Of a stretch of DNA of 64,000 nt, positions 51,801-64,000 are shown piece by piece. The position numbers and the translations under genes are program-made. The stretch is from Paragordius varius (Eukaryota; Animalia; Nematomorpha), in the NCBI GenBank assembly GCA_964247055.1, contig OZ176056.1, positions 4,960,001 through 5,024,000 on the forward strand. Reading direction: 5' to 3'. Below the pieces are notes generated by a model. It was given only the letters and a program-made list of their open reading frames with translations. It made no database searches and was not told where the DNA came from. The stretch's first letter is position 1. Every line of letters starts with the position of its first letter.

Positions 51801-53145
51801 TTTTATTTTTACTTACTATTTGTGGTATATGACTGTTTATGGCCATACAAGTTTGATATTCAGATAAACTCTACAATCTAACAGAAACCATGCTTAAAAA
51901 GTTTTAGCGAGAATGTAAGTCACATTTAACATGATAAAGGAAATTTTTCTTCATAAAAATTGGTTCAGTAGTATTTTTTACAGACCTTTCCATATTGTAC
52001 CATAAATTCGGGAGAACAACCCAACTTTTAAACTTTAACAATTTAAGACAGTGGTTTCCAACCTTTTATTGTTCACGCTTCCTTAATAAACAAAAATTGC
52101 GTCCCCCCTCTATATGGGGGACAAATGTTAATTTGTTCCTGCGATCCTCATTAACCTTGAAATTGTTTCTGGTTTTATTTATTAATTGAAAGGCGATCAT
52201 AATTTCATTTAAATATTTTAAATAAACCAATTATTAAATAATAGTGAACATTTTACTTAATAACATAAATTGGTCGCATTTTGTTTCAAAGATTACGCCA
52301 AAATATTTTTCCAATATTACTCTTTAAAATCTTCTGGTTACAAAAATATAAATACGATTTTAAAAATTTAATTCATTTTAGATAGTACCAAATAAAAGCT
52401 TTCATGTTTTGCATGTATTATATTTTTGTCATTTTGTCTAATGCGTAAAAAAGCCACGCCTGTTGATATCATAAAACAAAATTTTTCGATAGAATTTATT
52501 TCAAGTTATTTATTTGGATGCAATCAAATTTTATCGTTAGCTGTTACAATATGCTTTGTATTATCATTGGGTGTATTTACATAATCTCAATTACAACTAA
52601 TTTGGGCATTGATTTTTTGTAAATAAAATACTGATGTTACTAGCCGTTTAATTTGAGAAACTTGACAGATAAATATCAATAAATTTGAATATCTGTGAAG
52701 GCAATATAAATAAATTTTTAAGCTTAAATTATATTAATGGTCTGTAAAATGAAATATGGCTTTTTATTTAAATTTTGGTCTATCAGTTATAGCTTGAAAA
52801 CTTTTAAAACTACGATAACTTAAATAAAACGATGGTAATAGGCGATTGGTCCTGTTATATTGCAAAAAAACATAAATATCAAATTTATATATATAATAAA
52901 CTCAGTAAATTTATAAATTTATATTTAAACATTTTAATTTTAACATTTTCAGAATATGTTAGTATCTTTTTCGAGATGATGAAGACTATTGTATTTCAAT
53001 AAATTACCATTTCAAATTCAAGTTGGGACTTAAATTTTAGTAGTGAACTAACAATTGTAAAAATCATATAATCTTTACTTTAAAATACATATATACAAAC
53101 ATTGATCCTATTTATTAGGGAATTCTATAAAATAAGAAATTAAAG

Positions 53146-54189
53146 CTAACAACCTGCTTCATAATCGGCATTCGTCCTTTGATTGAGATTTTGATTAGTG
53201 AGGACATTTTTGTGCGTTAATTTGCGCAAATATTGAAAACGATGCGCATAAACCTGGAGGAGTTCCTTTAGTTTTACGTTAAACAATTTAAAACAACTGC
53301 CCAAAGGCGAAATAGGTCTTATAAATAAGGCAATTAAGTGTAACAACACATAAATTAGTGCTAGAAATGGTATGAACCACAGGTATAGACTCATTTCGCA
53401 CCATCGTAACATGTTAAAAACCACGGGGTAAAAAACTTTTTTACGCATAATCATGGTATATTTTTGACTAAACACAAAGTGTGTCATAAATGAAATGATA
53501 GGTAGGCCAAAACAACCCCACCAATAAAGAGCAAAAATGCACATTTTAACCCGTTCCTGATAATGTAAGTTTTCAATCGAATGTGCCATACTTCTAATTA
53601 TAGGGTGAATAATAATCAATTTTACATCCAGTTGCTTTGTAATTGCATATTCTTTACTAAGGTCACGATTTCCATGGCTCTTAAACCAATATGTGGATGA
53701 TGAAACTTTTTTTAAACATGGCGTTGTGTTAATGGACCAATTGGTTAACATATTTTCAAGAACATATTTATTGTTTTTGGGAGCCGGCGTAGGCTCCACT
53801 ATACAATCCAAATATTTTATCATGTTAATAAATTTAGCCGTATTATTAACACTACTATCATTATAATAATATCGCTGATCGATTGTGTCTTTGAAATTAA
53901 CTGAATGTTTGTTACGGCCTATGATCACATACTTGGGTTCAATATTGCCATCGGATGATTTAATGACAAAAGAAGGATTAAGTAAGCAAATGGTAATGTA
54001 CAAAGGTAACCAGATGAAGGTTAAACCGGCCATACCACAAATAATTTTAGTGGGAGCCGATTTCAAAATATCTTGCTTGTAAAATGCTTGCCTTTCTTTT
54101 TCTTCCACGTTTTTGGCCTGTAATATAATGTAAAAAAATAACACAATAAAACAGAGAAATTGACTCAATTTTCTTTGGTTCTCAATCAA
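53146..54189 (-). CDS. Multi-pass membrane protein resembling GPCR TM5-TM7 (3' exon or complete gene)
   Basis: 347-codon ORF whose frame stays open to about 54270. Hydrophobic segments FLCFIVLFFYIIL, GMAGLTFIWLPLYITICLL (TM6-like WLP), CIFALYWWGCFGLPIISF and LYLWFIPFLALIYVLLHLIALF. Confidence 0.6.
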   Translation of the reverse strand: MIENQRKLSQFLCFIVLFFYIILQAKNVEEKERQAFYKQDILKSAPTKIICGMAGLTFIWLPLYITICLLNPSFVIKSSDGNIEPKYVIIGRNKHSVNFKDTIDQRYYYNDSSVNNTAKFINMIKYLDCIVEPTPAPKNNKYVLENMLTNWSINTTPCLKKVSSSTYWFKSHGNRDLSKEYAITKQLDVKLIIIHPIIRSMAHSIENLHYQERVKMCIFALYWWGCFGLPIISFMTHFVFSQKYTMIMRKKVFYPVVFNMLRWCEMSLYLWFIPFLALIYVLLHLIALFIRPISPLGSCFKLFNVKLKELLQVYAHRFQYLRKLTHKNVLTNQNLNQRTNADYEAGC

Positions 54190-57100
54190 ATGAAATAGGT
54201 GGTTTTTATTTTTAATGCCAGATAGGGACGAATAAGTTGAAATTCGGACGAAGCTTAAGGTTCCATAATATTACACTAGACAGAAAATTTTGACTTTTTT
54301 TAAGTGCCATTTTTGTCAATTTAAAATTAAGTTTTTTAAGGGACATAAATAGTAATTTCTGAAAAATAAATTAATCTAACACTTAAGAATTATTTTAATC
54401 AGGGTATATCGATTATTTTTGGCCCCCATTTAACATTAAACTCAATTTTCAAAAATAAAAGGTTTTAGACAGATAGCCAATTATTTTATATCCTTTGAAA
54501 TAGTAACGAATCTTTTGAATGTTAGATAATCATCTGGTAAAGTGTATTTGGCTTTATATGGTCAAAATTTTCAACCCATAAATAAGTCACATTTTCACAG
54601 ACGAACTAATTTAACAATCGTATAAATTTTTTTAATATAATATTATGGTTACACTAATATAATTTAAAAAGTTGGATAATAAAAACATAGTTATAACTGT
54701 AAATTAATTACATAATCATAAAAGATTAATAACTCCTTAAATCTTTCTAGTCTTTGGAATTAAAATAATAAGCGTTGTAAAGATAACATTTAATATTTAT
54801 AAAAAAAGTAAAAATGCCTGTTTTGATTGATATAAAACACATAAACAAGTGTTTTAATCAAAAAAACTTTTAATGTTATCTTTTTTAAACCTTCATTGCC
54901 ATCTACCCAAAGTTTGAGCTGTTATAATCCATTAGTTTAAAAAATATATATATTGACAAAAACGCTTTAGTTTGGCAGGTTTGTCACTTCCTATCTCCAT
55001 ACTCTCGACTGATATTTTACAAATGGGTATTCTATATCTTCAAAGAAAAATATTTTTTAGTGTAATGTTGATAAAGAGGGTGCATAATTCCGAAAAATCA
55101 AATCAGATATACTATAATATAGTAGTCAGAAAATGCATATTTTATTTCATCCAAAGAAACGATTTATTACCTGTATAGAGTACTTGTAAATATTTTTTTG
55201 AATTATATTTTATTTTAAACTTTATTCAGGTGTTAGTGATGAATGCCTAAAACATTAAAAAATATATGAGGTTTTTTGTAATTTTTATAGGGATTCACGA
55301 TTTAAACTTTAAATTTATAATTTTTTATCAGCAAACTTTGTAAATATTACCATTTGCACTTCAAGTGAGTCCTTTACCATTGCCAGTTAATCTATCAACG
55401 TCTCAAATTGGTCTAACTCCAACATGATAATTACATATCCATATATGATTTGTTATTAACTATCATTACTTAAATTTTTATAAAATTCACATATTCTTAT
55501 AAAAACATATATTTTCAGTCAATATTTTTTGATATTAATAAGTTTAAATATGTCATTTAAAATGTATTTTTAATTCAATATTACGTCAAAAAACTGATAA
55601 TCTTTAACTAATGAATTATTAATGAAGCTTAAGCTGAAATTTATATAGTCATAAATCAATTAAATTTTTAAATAAAAACCACTAAATTTATAAATTTATA
55701 TAAAAACAAAAATTTAGCATTATTTTTTATTTACCAACCCTAAAATCACCTAAAAATAGCAGCCTATGGTAAAAAATATTATTTAAAATGTCTTTATAAG
55801 TAAAAAATGTTGCGGTTGATTGGAAAATGTTTGGTTGAAAAAAGGCTACGTGGACCTAAAAAAATGTTGCGTTTAAATGAATAAAAATTGCCATGGGATA
55901 GAAACTGTCAATTTTTGTGAAAAGTGTTGCTTTTAAGGGAAATATAGCAGTTTACTTAGTATACCATTTGCACTTCAAGAGTGACCTTGAACACACCAAG
56001 GTCCTTGAACATTTCAAGTTAATCCTTAAAATCTCTAAATTTTGATTAACCATAATTTTTGGATGTTTTTTATTTTATTAATTTTTAACCTAATTTTCTT
56101 TTATAATATATTTATTCATTTAAAAATAAAAATTTTTATTCAAAAACTACTTTTTTATTTCAAACTAATTTTTTTCCAATTTAACAAAATTATTAACTTT
56201 TAAATGTTTTTAATTAAAAATTGTTAATAACCCAGAAAACTTATATATTTTTTAATTAGGGGTTAAAATTTTAAAAATATCCAAAATATTATAAAATTAA
56301 AAAAAGATATTCTCAATATTTCATAGTTGATATTGATTTAAAATTATGTTAAATAATTGAAAGTAGGTCAAAACGATATAATATATGAATGATTTACGAT
56401 TTGATTGATAAAAGCTTAAAACAAAACAAAAAAGTCAAAGGACCAACTTGAAATGTTCAAGGACCGACTAGATGTGTTCAAGGACCAACTAGACGTGTTC
56501 AACGACAAACTTGAAATGTTCAAGGACCAACTTGAAGTGTTCAAGTAGACTCTTGAAGTGCAAATGGTATACATTGCATAATTACATGCCTCAAGTGTAA
56601 AAACATATATTATCAAACTTTACCAACTCAGAAAATTAAAGCCATCCCATTTTAGTAATGTATTAATATGCTTTCCTTATTAAAATTCAATTTAAGTTTG
56701 GGTGAGAAAGTCAGGTTTGTTATTTTGACAAAAACTGCAGAAAAAAGTGTTTGCCAAATTTATAAAAAAAATTATAACAGGATGCAGTTTAAATTTTTTC
56801 AAATGCATATTCAACAATTTTTTTTTATAAAAATTCAAAAAAACGACAAATAAATTTTATAATGTAAAATTAATTATGGTGTTATATTAGTAACAACAGC
56901 CAACCAGTCATTTATTAATTGGGACAGTTAAATATGCGAAGTAGTATCTATTTAGATACCCAGATTTTATAGAATTCGGTCTAACAATTTTTTTTGAATA
57001 ATACAGAAAATATTATATTGACAGTTTGTCTAATATAAAGATGATAATAATAATTAACACCACCGGACAACAAATTTTTCTGCCACTCGAGTTTTTTGCA

Positions 57101-58660
57101 TTTTCTGATATTTACCATTATTTTAACATTAAATCTGAAATAAATTATAACTGCACCTAAGAATTTTGTATAATTTGATTTTTTTGATTATGAGCCCTCT
57201 TTATTAAAATTTTACTAAAAAATGTTTTCTATGAAAATACACAAGAAATGCCCATTTGTAATATATCATTCAAATGAAAACTCTATAAAATACATACTAA
57301 ATGTTTTACATCGATAGTTAGTATTGGACAAAGAGAGCGACGAACGCGCGAAGCGAGAGCGTTTTTTTAAATTAATATATTTTTAAAACTAATGGATGAA
57401 AATAGCTCATACTTTGTCTAGATCGTGATGAATGTCCAAAAAAGATAACACATGAAAGTTTTTTTGATAAAACATTTTATTGCTTTTAAGCCACATAAAA
57501 CAGCTATTTTTTTGTTTTTTGTTTTAAAAAATTACCTCATCAATATTGATTTATTTTCTTTACGTAGTGATTTCAAAGTTTTAAAAACAAAAGCAAATAA
57601 GGTATTTTTAATCTTTTATAGCCATTATGTAATATCTTTACAGTTATAACTATGCATTTTAGTATCCACTAGGTAAAATAAATAAGAATAATCTTTAAAA
57701 AACAAACCAAAAGCTTAAAGATTTTTTCAAATCAAAAACTAATATAACCCTAATAAATATATTAAAATAATTTGTATGATTTTAATATTAGTTTGTTTGT
57801 GAAAATTTTTGACTTATTTAAGGGTTGAAAACTTCGACCATATAAACCCAAATAACTTTTACATCCGATTGATATAAATGACTTACTACCATTTGAAAGT
57901 TACAGTTTTTCGCGCTCTTTCGAATGATATAAAATACATGGCTTCATATCTAAAACTTTCAATTTTCAAAATTTCAAGTTTAATCTTAAATCGGGCTAAA
58001 AAAATTTCGATAAACTCTAATATAAAAAATTCTTAGATGTTAGACCAATTTTCTTTTCAGATATACTATTAACCTACTTTAATGAAATAAAATTTTAAAT
58101 ATACAAGAATGGCAGTTAAAAATCAAAATTTGTCTAGTGTAATAATTTTTTTATATTAACTTTAATCACGAAAACTTGATGCGCAAACATGTGTATTTCA
58201 TAGTATCCTAATTTTTGATTTATCTATTACAGGATTTTCTAAAAAAATTATTTGATCCTAATTATTAGAATATTAAAACTATATGGTACAACGACAGGTT
58301 TTGCCTTTTATTATAGGCGCCAAGGATCTATAGTAAATAAAAAATAAAAAATTATTGAATTGGTAAAAAGTTTTATGAAAGATAAATTCAAAAAATGACT
58401 GTTCAACTGCAATGTTTTATTAATTATGGCTCATTTTCGTTGTAATAATATCAATTGTGAGCTATTTGATTATTATGTTAAATGATGTATTTAGGTACTT
58501 TATTATACTAAGTACCCCATAATACCGGCTTAAAATCAACATAATGCTTGTGACATCAATTAAGCCGAAAGTTTAACATTGCTTTTAAAGTTTAATATTT
58601 TTAATTCTTATTATATACGTATGTCATCTACTACAGAAATAAAAAAGTTTTTTTTAACCC

Positions 58661-59105
58661 TTAACACAAATGGTTAGTCATATTCTAAATTAATTTAAAT
58701 CATGTTCATAATTATCATAAATACCTTGGCAGACGTTATGATTTGGGCCAAAAAGGCATCAGCTGTCATACTGTTCATACGTTGCTTCATTAAAACTAAA
58801 CGATTAGCTATTGTGTCAATATTGAAGGAAGCCACATTATTTGCTTGATTGGGTATTGATAGTATATTGCAATTATTATAGTTTTCCGGTATTGCCTTCC
58901 CATTTTCATTAATGTTTATGTTGTTGTTAAAATCATTTGTATTTATCTCTTTGGGTAGCGTATCATTTTGAGGCAAAATGGAATTTTCGATTGAAAGCGT
59001 TTGAAAGTTATTTGGCATATTATTTGATCTTTCCTTATCTCTTTTAAGATTAGTTGCAATAGCTTTGGATAAGGCTCTGATTTTGGTTCTTTGCGAATGA
59101 GACAC
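58661..59105 (-). CDS. Orphan Asn-rich coding exon (VSHSQRTKIRAL...AFLAQIITSAK) plus candidate terminal exon NMTNHLC*
   Basis: Exon 59105-58725 (381 nt, phase 0-0, acatag / GTATTT), then a 40-nt intron and a short exon ending in TAA. Upstream exons not found. Confidence 0.6.
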
Positions 59106-59399
59106 CTATGTTTCAACATAGGGTAAGATAAATCATTTATTATTTATTTCTAATTATATTATTAATTAATATATATGATATGTGATAAGATATTTTGAAA
59201 AATATTTAGCCCAAAAATTAGGCTTTATTTATTGCTTAAATTGAAGAATAAATTTAGATATATGGATGAAAGTGTACTCTCGGATAAATATTTTTTTGGA
59301 AGCATATTTATAGTATAGATTGCCCTGAGAGTTTAGTCATATAGCTTAATGCTGGATACAAACAAGTATTTTCGAAAATCTTAACTTTTATCGATAACT

Positions 59400-60420
59400 A
59401 ATGGAATTACAAGTAAATTGACAATTCCAATATTTTATTTTATTGAAAAAGATTTCTTCCCGGTTGTACTGATAAATTTTTACTGTTTTTTTTGGCACAA
59501 AAACATATATTTGGAAAGGAAATTAATTAAATATTTTATTCAAAAATTTGTGAATTGTGTCTTCTACATATTTGTCCATTTTTGTCATATATGAATGCCG
59601 TGCCAAATAAGGGTATTTTCTTTTTGTGGAAAAGCGTATCCAAAGTAGTTTAAGTTGTCTCATAATGATTTTCTGTACGCTGCGATGTGTTATATCCCAT
59701 TCAGGTTATTCGATTATAGCATAATTTATTAATTAATGATTTGTTAGTAAAAGTGTTGTGTATAGGTTGAGAATACAAAACACTCTGGTCCCAAACACGA
59801 AGATTTTGCCGCTTCGGTACAAAATGCCTTTCCTTATGTTCCGATACGGTGCAAAAATGATATTATTTCGTAACTTTGAAGCAGTTTTTCACAATTCACT
59901 TTGTGATATTCCATTTGACGCTTCAATTAGGGAGTATTTGCACATAGTTTATATCTCTTTTTATTGCTCCTAGACATCCATTGTTTGTTTTTTGTTACAC
60001 ATGCAACTGCTTGTTATGTTTGAGTTGTTACTTTTGCACTTAAGCTTCCTAGTAAAGTGGTCACCCTCTTTCAGAAATCAGAAATTTAAAAATATTAAAC
60101 ATATGTGTCACATGCCTTGATAGATACAGATATCCGCATGTTTCTGCTAGCAAACAATAACCTTTAAGTCCTTTTTCTTGTGACAATTCATTCCGCATCT
60201 CTTCAATCACAAAATTCAGAATACTGAATCATAAAATAAATACACTAGTTTCGGCAAACTCAACTTGTGTGTGTTTGTCGTTTAATGTCAGATAAAAGAA
60301 GTCTGTTAAAAATTAATGGTCCGTTCTTTTCGCTGACGTCTTCAGTTACTTAAACCGATAATTCGTGACCACCCATGTTATGCGGAATATAGCTAAATAT
60401 ACGGCTAATTCATATTAATA
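59400..60420 (-). mobile_element. Probable heavily decayed mariner-like remnant
   Basis: Fragments resembling KRIVT and LCVWWD.KGV motifs, GC content above background. TIRs not resolved. Confidence 0.45.
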
Positions 60421-61906
60421 TATATGTTAATATTTATTCAATATACGAGCCATTGTTAAATCATATAGGGTAAAACTATGTACAAAAATATTCGCCTCTT
60501 AGTAAACTATAGAGCTAGCAAAACCTCTTCGTAATAAAATATAACTCAAAAACTAAAACAAATATCTTCAATATAATTTTCAATTTTTTACAAAAGCATT
60601 TGGTATCTACAAAATTTTTCCTTAAAATTTAAAATCTCGCCTAAAACTAGAGAAAAATAAATTAAATATTGTATTTACTTAATTTCATTTATAAAACCTC
60701 ATTAATGTTGTACAAGCTCGCTCGAATTCCAATACACCAATGTCATTATTCATGAAATTTACAATATATAATAATAGTCAAAATTATAAAATTTATAGTT
60801 TACAGTATGGACATGTGTACTGGCTTATTCACAGTGTTAGTCAATTTGTAATACGTGCATTATAAAAATTTTGTCCATTAAATAATCAATTTTTTAAGAT
60901 AGAAAAAATTTAATTGTTACATTTAATTGTTTTTTTAATTAACTATTGTGTTGCCAATTGACCAACTACATGTGAATGAGCCGGCAAAAATGTGCATGCT
61001 GCAATTTTCTAACATGTTTTACATATGATTACATTAATTTTTAAATAAATTATAAAAGTAACCCAAATTAATTATAGTTAAAAGTTATTTTTGGTGTAAT
61101 AGAGTATTATGGCCATGTCTAATCTTTGGGCTATAATATTAGGGGTTTAGCTTTTTCTATTTTGTGCATTTATTCTTCGTATGTATTATATTTTTGAGAC
61201 TTGTCTCTCTTCCAAAGAGAATAACAGCTTTATAAATATTTAAATAAGATACGTTTGTAAATTAAGGAGCTAAATTAAGGGATAATGGGATAAAAATTTA
61301 TAATGAAATTTCAATAAAAGCTGCATAATTACATTATCTTTGTGCATTGAAAATGTGCCTTAGAGTTATGCATTTTTTCTCTTTTTAATATTTTTGGGAA
61401 TATCCTAGCCTTAAATATAGGGGTGTTCAACATGCAACCATTCGCAATATTATGTGGGGCCAGAAATTTTGGATACCAATTTAATGCGAATTACATAGTA
61501 AAAATGATTTCCTAATCAACTTTTTATATTCACTTGCTGCATTTTATTGACAGTTTTAGGCTTGAAAAATCTAATACAACATATATTAAGGCCCATATAA
61601 TAATCGAATGCACCCGCCGAATTTTTTTGCATCGAAACGGCCCACAAAGCCGACTGTGCTAGCACCCATGCTAAATTTACATATGAGATTAATAAATTAA
61701 ACAATTGACTTTAAACTCCCAGCTGCCTTTAAAAAACTTTTAGACTTTTATTTATGTTAAATAATTAACTTTGCAAATTAATAATAAAATACATTAATTA
61801 TGGAAATTATATAAACTTTCATGATCGAAAACGCAGTCAGACTATGTAGTACCCATTAAACAGATTTTATGAAATCAGATTTAACAAAAAATTTATGAAT
61901 CTGTAA

Positions 61907-62120
61907 TACCATTTCTCAGTTAATAGCAACATTTTTTCAAAACGCATTATTTTTTCATCCAAACACATTTTTTCAACCAAGCGCAACACTTTTTCAAGCA
62001 AACGCAGTTTACCAAAAACATGTGAAATAATGATGCTTTTGGATGACAAAATGTCGCATTTGTTTGGAAAAATGTTGCGTTTGCTTAAAATGCGTTTGGA
62101 AAATTGTTGCTTTTTGATAC
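61907..62120. repeat. TACCATTT-ended element, subfamily G, with a degenerate ~21-bp array (related arrays at about 50108-50255 and 55800-55940)
   Basis: Begins TACCATTTCTCAG. Units resemble aagcaaacgcaacatttttcc, in both orientations. Confidence 0.6.
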
Positions 62121-63006
62121 AAAAGTTTCATGGTTACAACGGCGTAATCGTATTACACGAATTATATTGCTATGATTGTCTTATAAAATTGTTTTAATAA
62201 CCTATATTTTAAAATCAAAATAATATTGATTCTAAACTTTATTTCATAAATTTATGTAAGTTACAATTCATAATAATGACACGCTAAAATGGGGGTTAGT
62301 TTTTCAAACTCCATAGTATAAATAGAAATGCTTCTATAAAATATTACAAAATCAAACTTAATCATCCATTCTACACTTTTTCTCTAGTTTACCTTTTGGG
62401 GTAGTTTTCCATCTCAGAGCTCAATTTTGTAAATTACTTACAGTTTGAGAGTTATTTTAGTTAAATTTTAATCATCAAACATTGCTCTCTAAATTTATAT
62501 TTTTTAATTGTGGCTTCTATAGTCCAAAATTATACAGTTCCAAAACACGATTGCAACGAACAACTAATATTAAAATCAAAATATATGTGTTTACTGGTAA
62601 AATGTAGCATGAAAGTTATTTAAAGTTTATTATTTTTTCTAACCATAATATACATTTATTTCCTGTTGCATTAGCGATTAAAAAAAAATTTAGAAAAAAA
62701 TGGCGGCAAAATAGTTTGATATGAGGATTTTTTAAAATTTTACATAAAAAAAAATGTTTTGTATTCGCCTAAAACATTAAAGAAAGCATATTTTTAAATT
62801 CCGTTTAATATTTAATATTTTTTAAGGTATCTAAATCCCTAATCGCTCTGGGATATAAAACTACCCCAAAGGGTAGTGGAGGGTTAAAGCAAAATATTAA
62901 ATATCTTTAAAAAATTGTTATTTATAATAGATAAGTTGTGTATAAATATTTTAATAGTAATAAGCACATATTTTATGTAAATTTTTTTCGATACTTAGAG
63001 GTAACC

Positions 63007-64000
63007 TAAAGTGACCAGATTTTTTCAAGGAAAAAGCGGGACAAATTTGAAAAAGGGGGGGGTACAATCAAAAATTTTACAAAAGATTTTATAATATTTA
63101 TTTATTTTTAAAACAAAAATATTATAATATAAAAAAATGTTTCATTACTTGGTATTTTTTTTTATTTGAGTGAATGCGTTTTAGCAGATTGTCATCATTT
63201 TTATAAATATTGTAGAAGTCTTCACAAGAATTTGTCAAATTATATTTAGATAAAATGGCCGTTAAAGTTTCAATAAATTAATTTTTCCGATGTCCACACC
63301 TGATTTACTGTGGAAAAAAAGGCGTTAAGAAGCAGCGTTGGTTCCAGATAAAGATAGTGCAAATTCCACAATTCTTAAAATATTATTGTATGAAACATAG
63401 TTTGTTTCGAAATGATGAAATATTTCCAACCATTTCATTTCTACTGTATTTTTTTCTGTTGTCCATAATTTAAGTTTTTCATTATTATTATATATTTTTT
63501 AACTAATGATACTTCAGGAAAAAAGATAATTTTCTGAAAGGTTATTTTTTGTGATTTTTGGGAGATGAAGATGTAATCAAATGATTTTTGAACATCGCAC
63601 CAATTAAATTCTGGTTTTAATGTTATCAAATGAAAGTAATTCATTTCAATGTATTGCACCATCCAGTCTTCCAAATATTCTTTACAGTTTATAAAACATT
63701 TTTATATGTACAACATATCTTGGTAATTTATTACACCTTGTTTTTCTAAATTATTTGGATGGTTAATGGTATAAAACTATTTTCTAACCTTTCTTGACAT
63801 TGGAATTTTAGGTTATTAACCCAATTGGATACTTCGATTGCCAAAATTTTGTCACCTTCTATCAATTTAATAACATTTTGAAAGAAAGAAGCTTGATTAT
63901 GTAGGAACTCTAACCATATTTTTGATGAATCACTTTTAAAAAACTTTTCCAAAGTTGAAGGACATTTGTCCTGTAATAAAAAATAGGATTTTAAAGGATC
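63007..64000 (-). mobile_element. hAT (Blackjack-like) transposon end with transposase fragments, running off the window
   Basis: Terminus TAAAGTGACCAGA...GCGGGACA, and ORF fragments 63441-63674 and 63746-63952. Confidence 0.65.

Noticed and set aside
59278-59324. 47-nt exon upstream of the Asn-rich exon
   Set aside because: The frame needed to join 59105 contains a TAA.

Overview
Very AT-rich eukaryotic (animal-type) genomic DNA; the species cannot be identified from the sequence. All host genes I could read lie on the minus strand. (1) A spliced RhoGAP gene resembling ARHGAP20/RhoGAP71E, with exons from about 28.1 kb down to the window start. Its 16-kb intron holds a decayed Gypsy LTR element and a nested intronless 501-aa class-A-like GPCR. 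(2) The main finding, at 29.3-40.3 kb and mostly invisible to the ORF track, is a micro-exon gene system: about 30 GT-AG-bounded exons, most only 12-39 nt, nearly all phase 1 and a multiple of 3 nt long (21 nt most common), often separated by introns of only 23-37 nt. Spliced together they give stop-free amphipathic heptad helices, a small-residue hydrophobic helix and basic NLS-like motifs. The architecture recalls schistosome micro-exon genes (MEGs). (3) A second GPCR-like membrane-protein ORF and two orphan coding exons further upstream. The rest is transposon debris: mariner, hAT, RTE LINEs, Gypsy, CACAGTG-ended foldbacks, and TACCATTT-ended foldbacks carrying 21-bp arrays. I found no rRNA, tRNA or CRISPR. 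All splice models were read by hand from the DNA and need RNA support.
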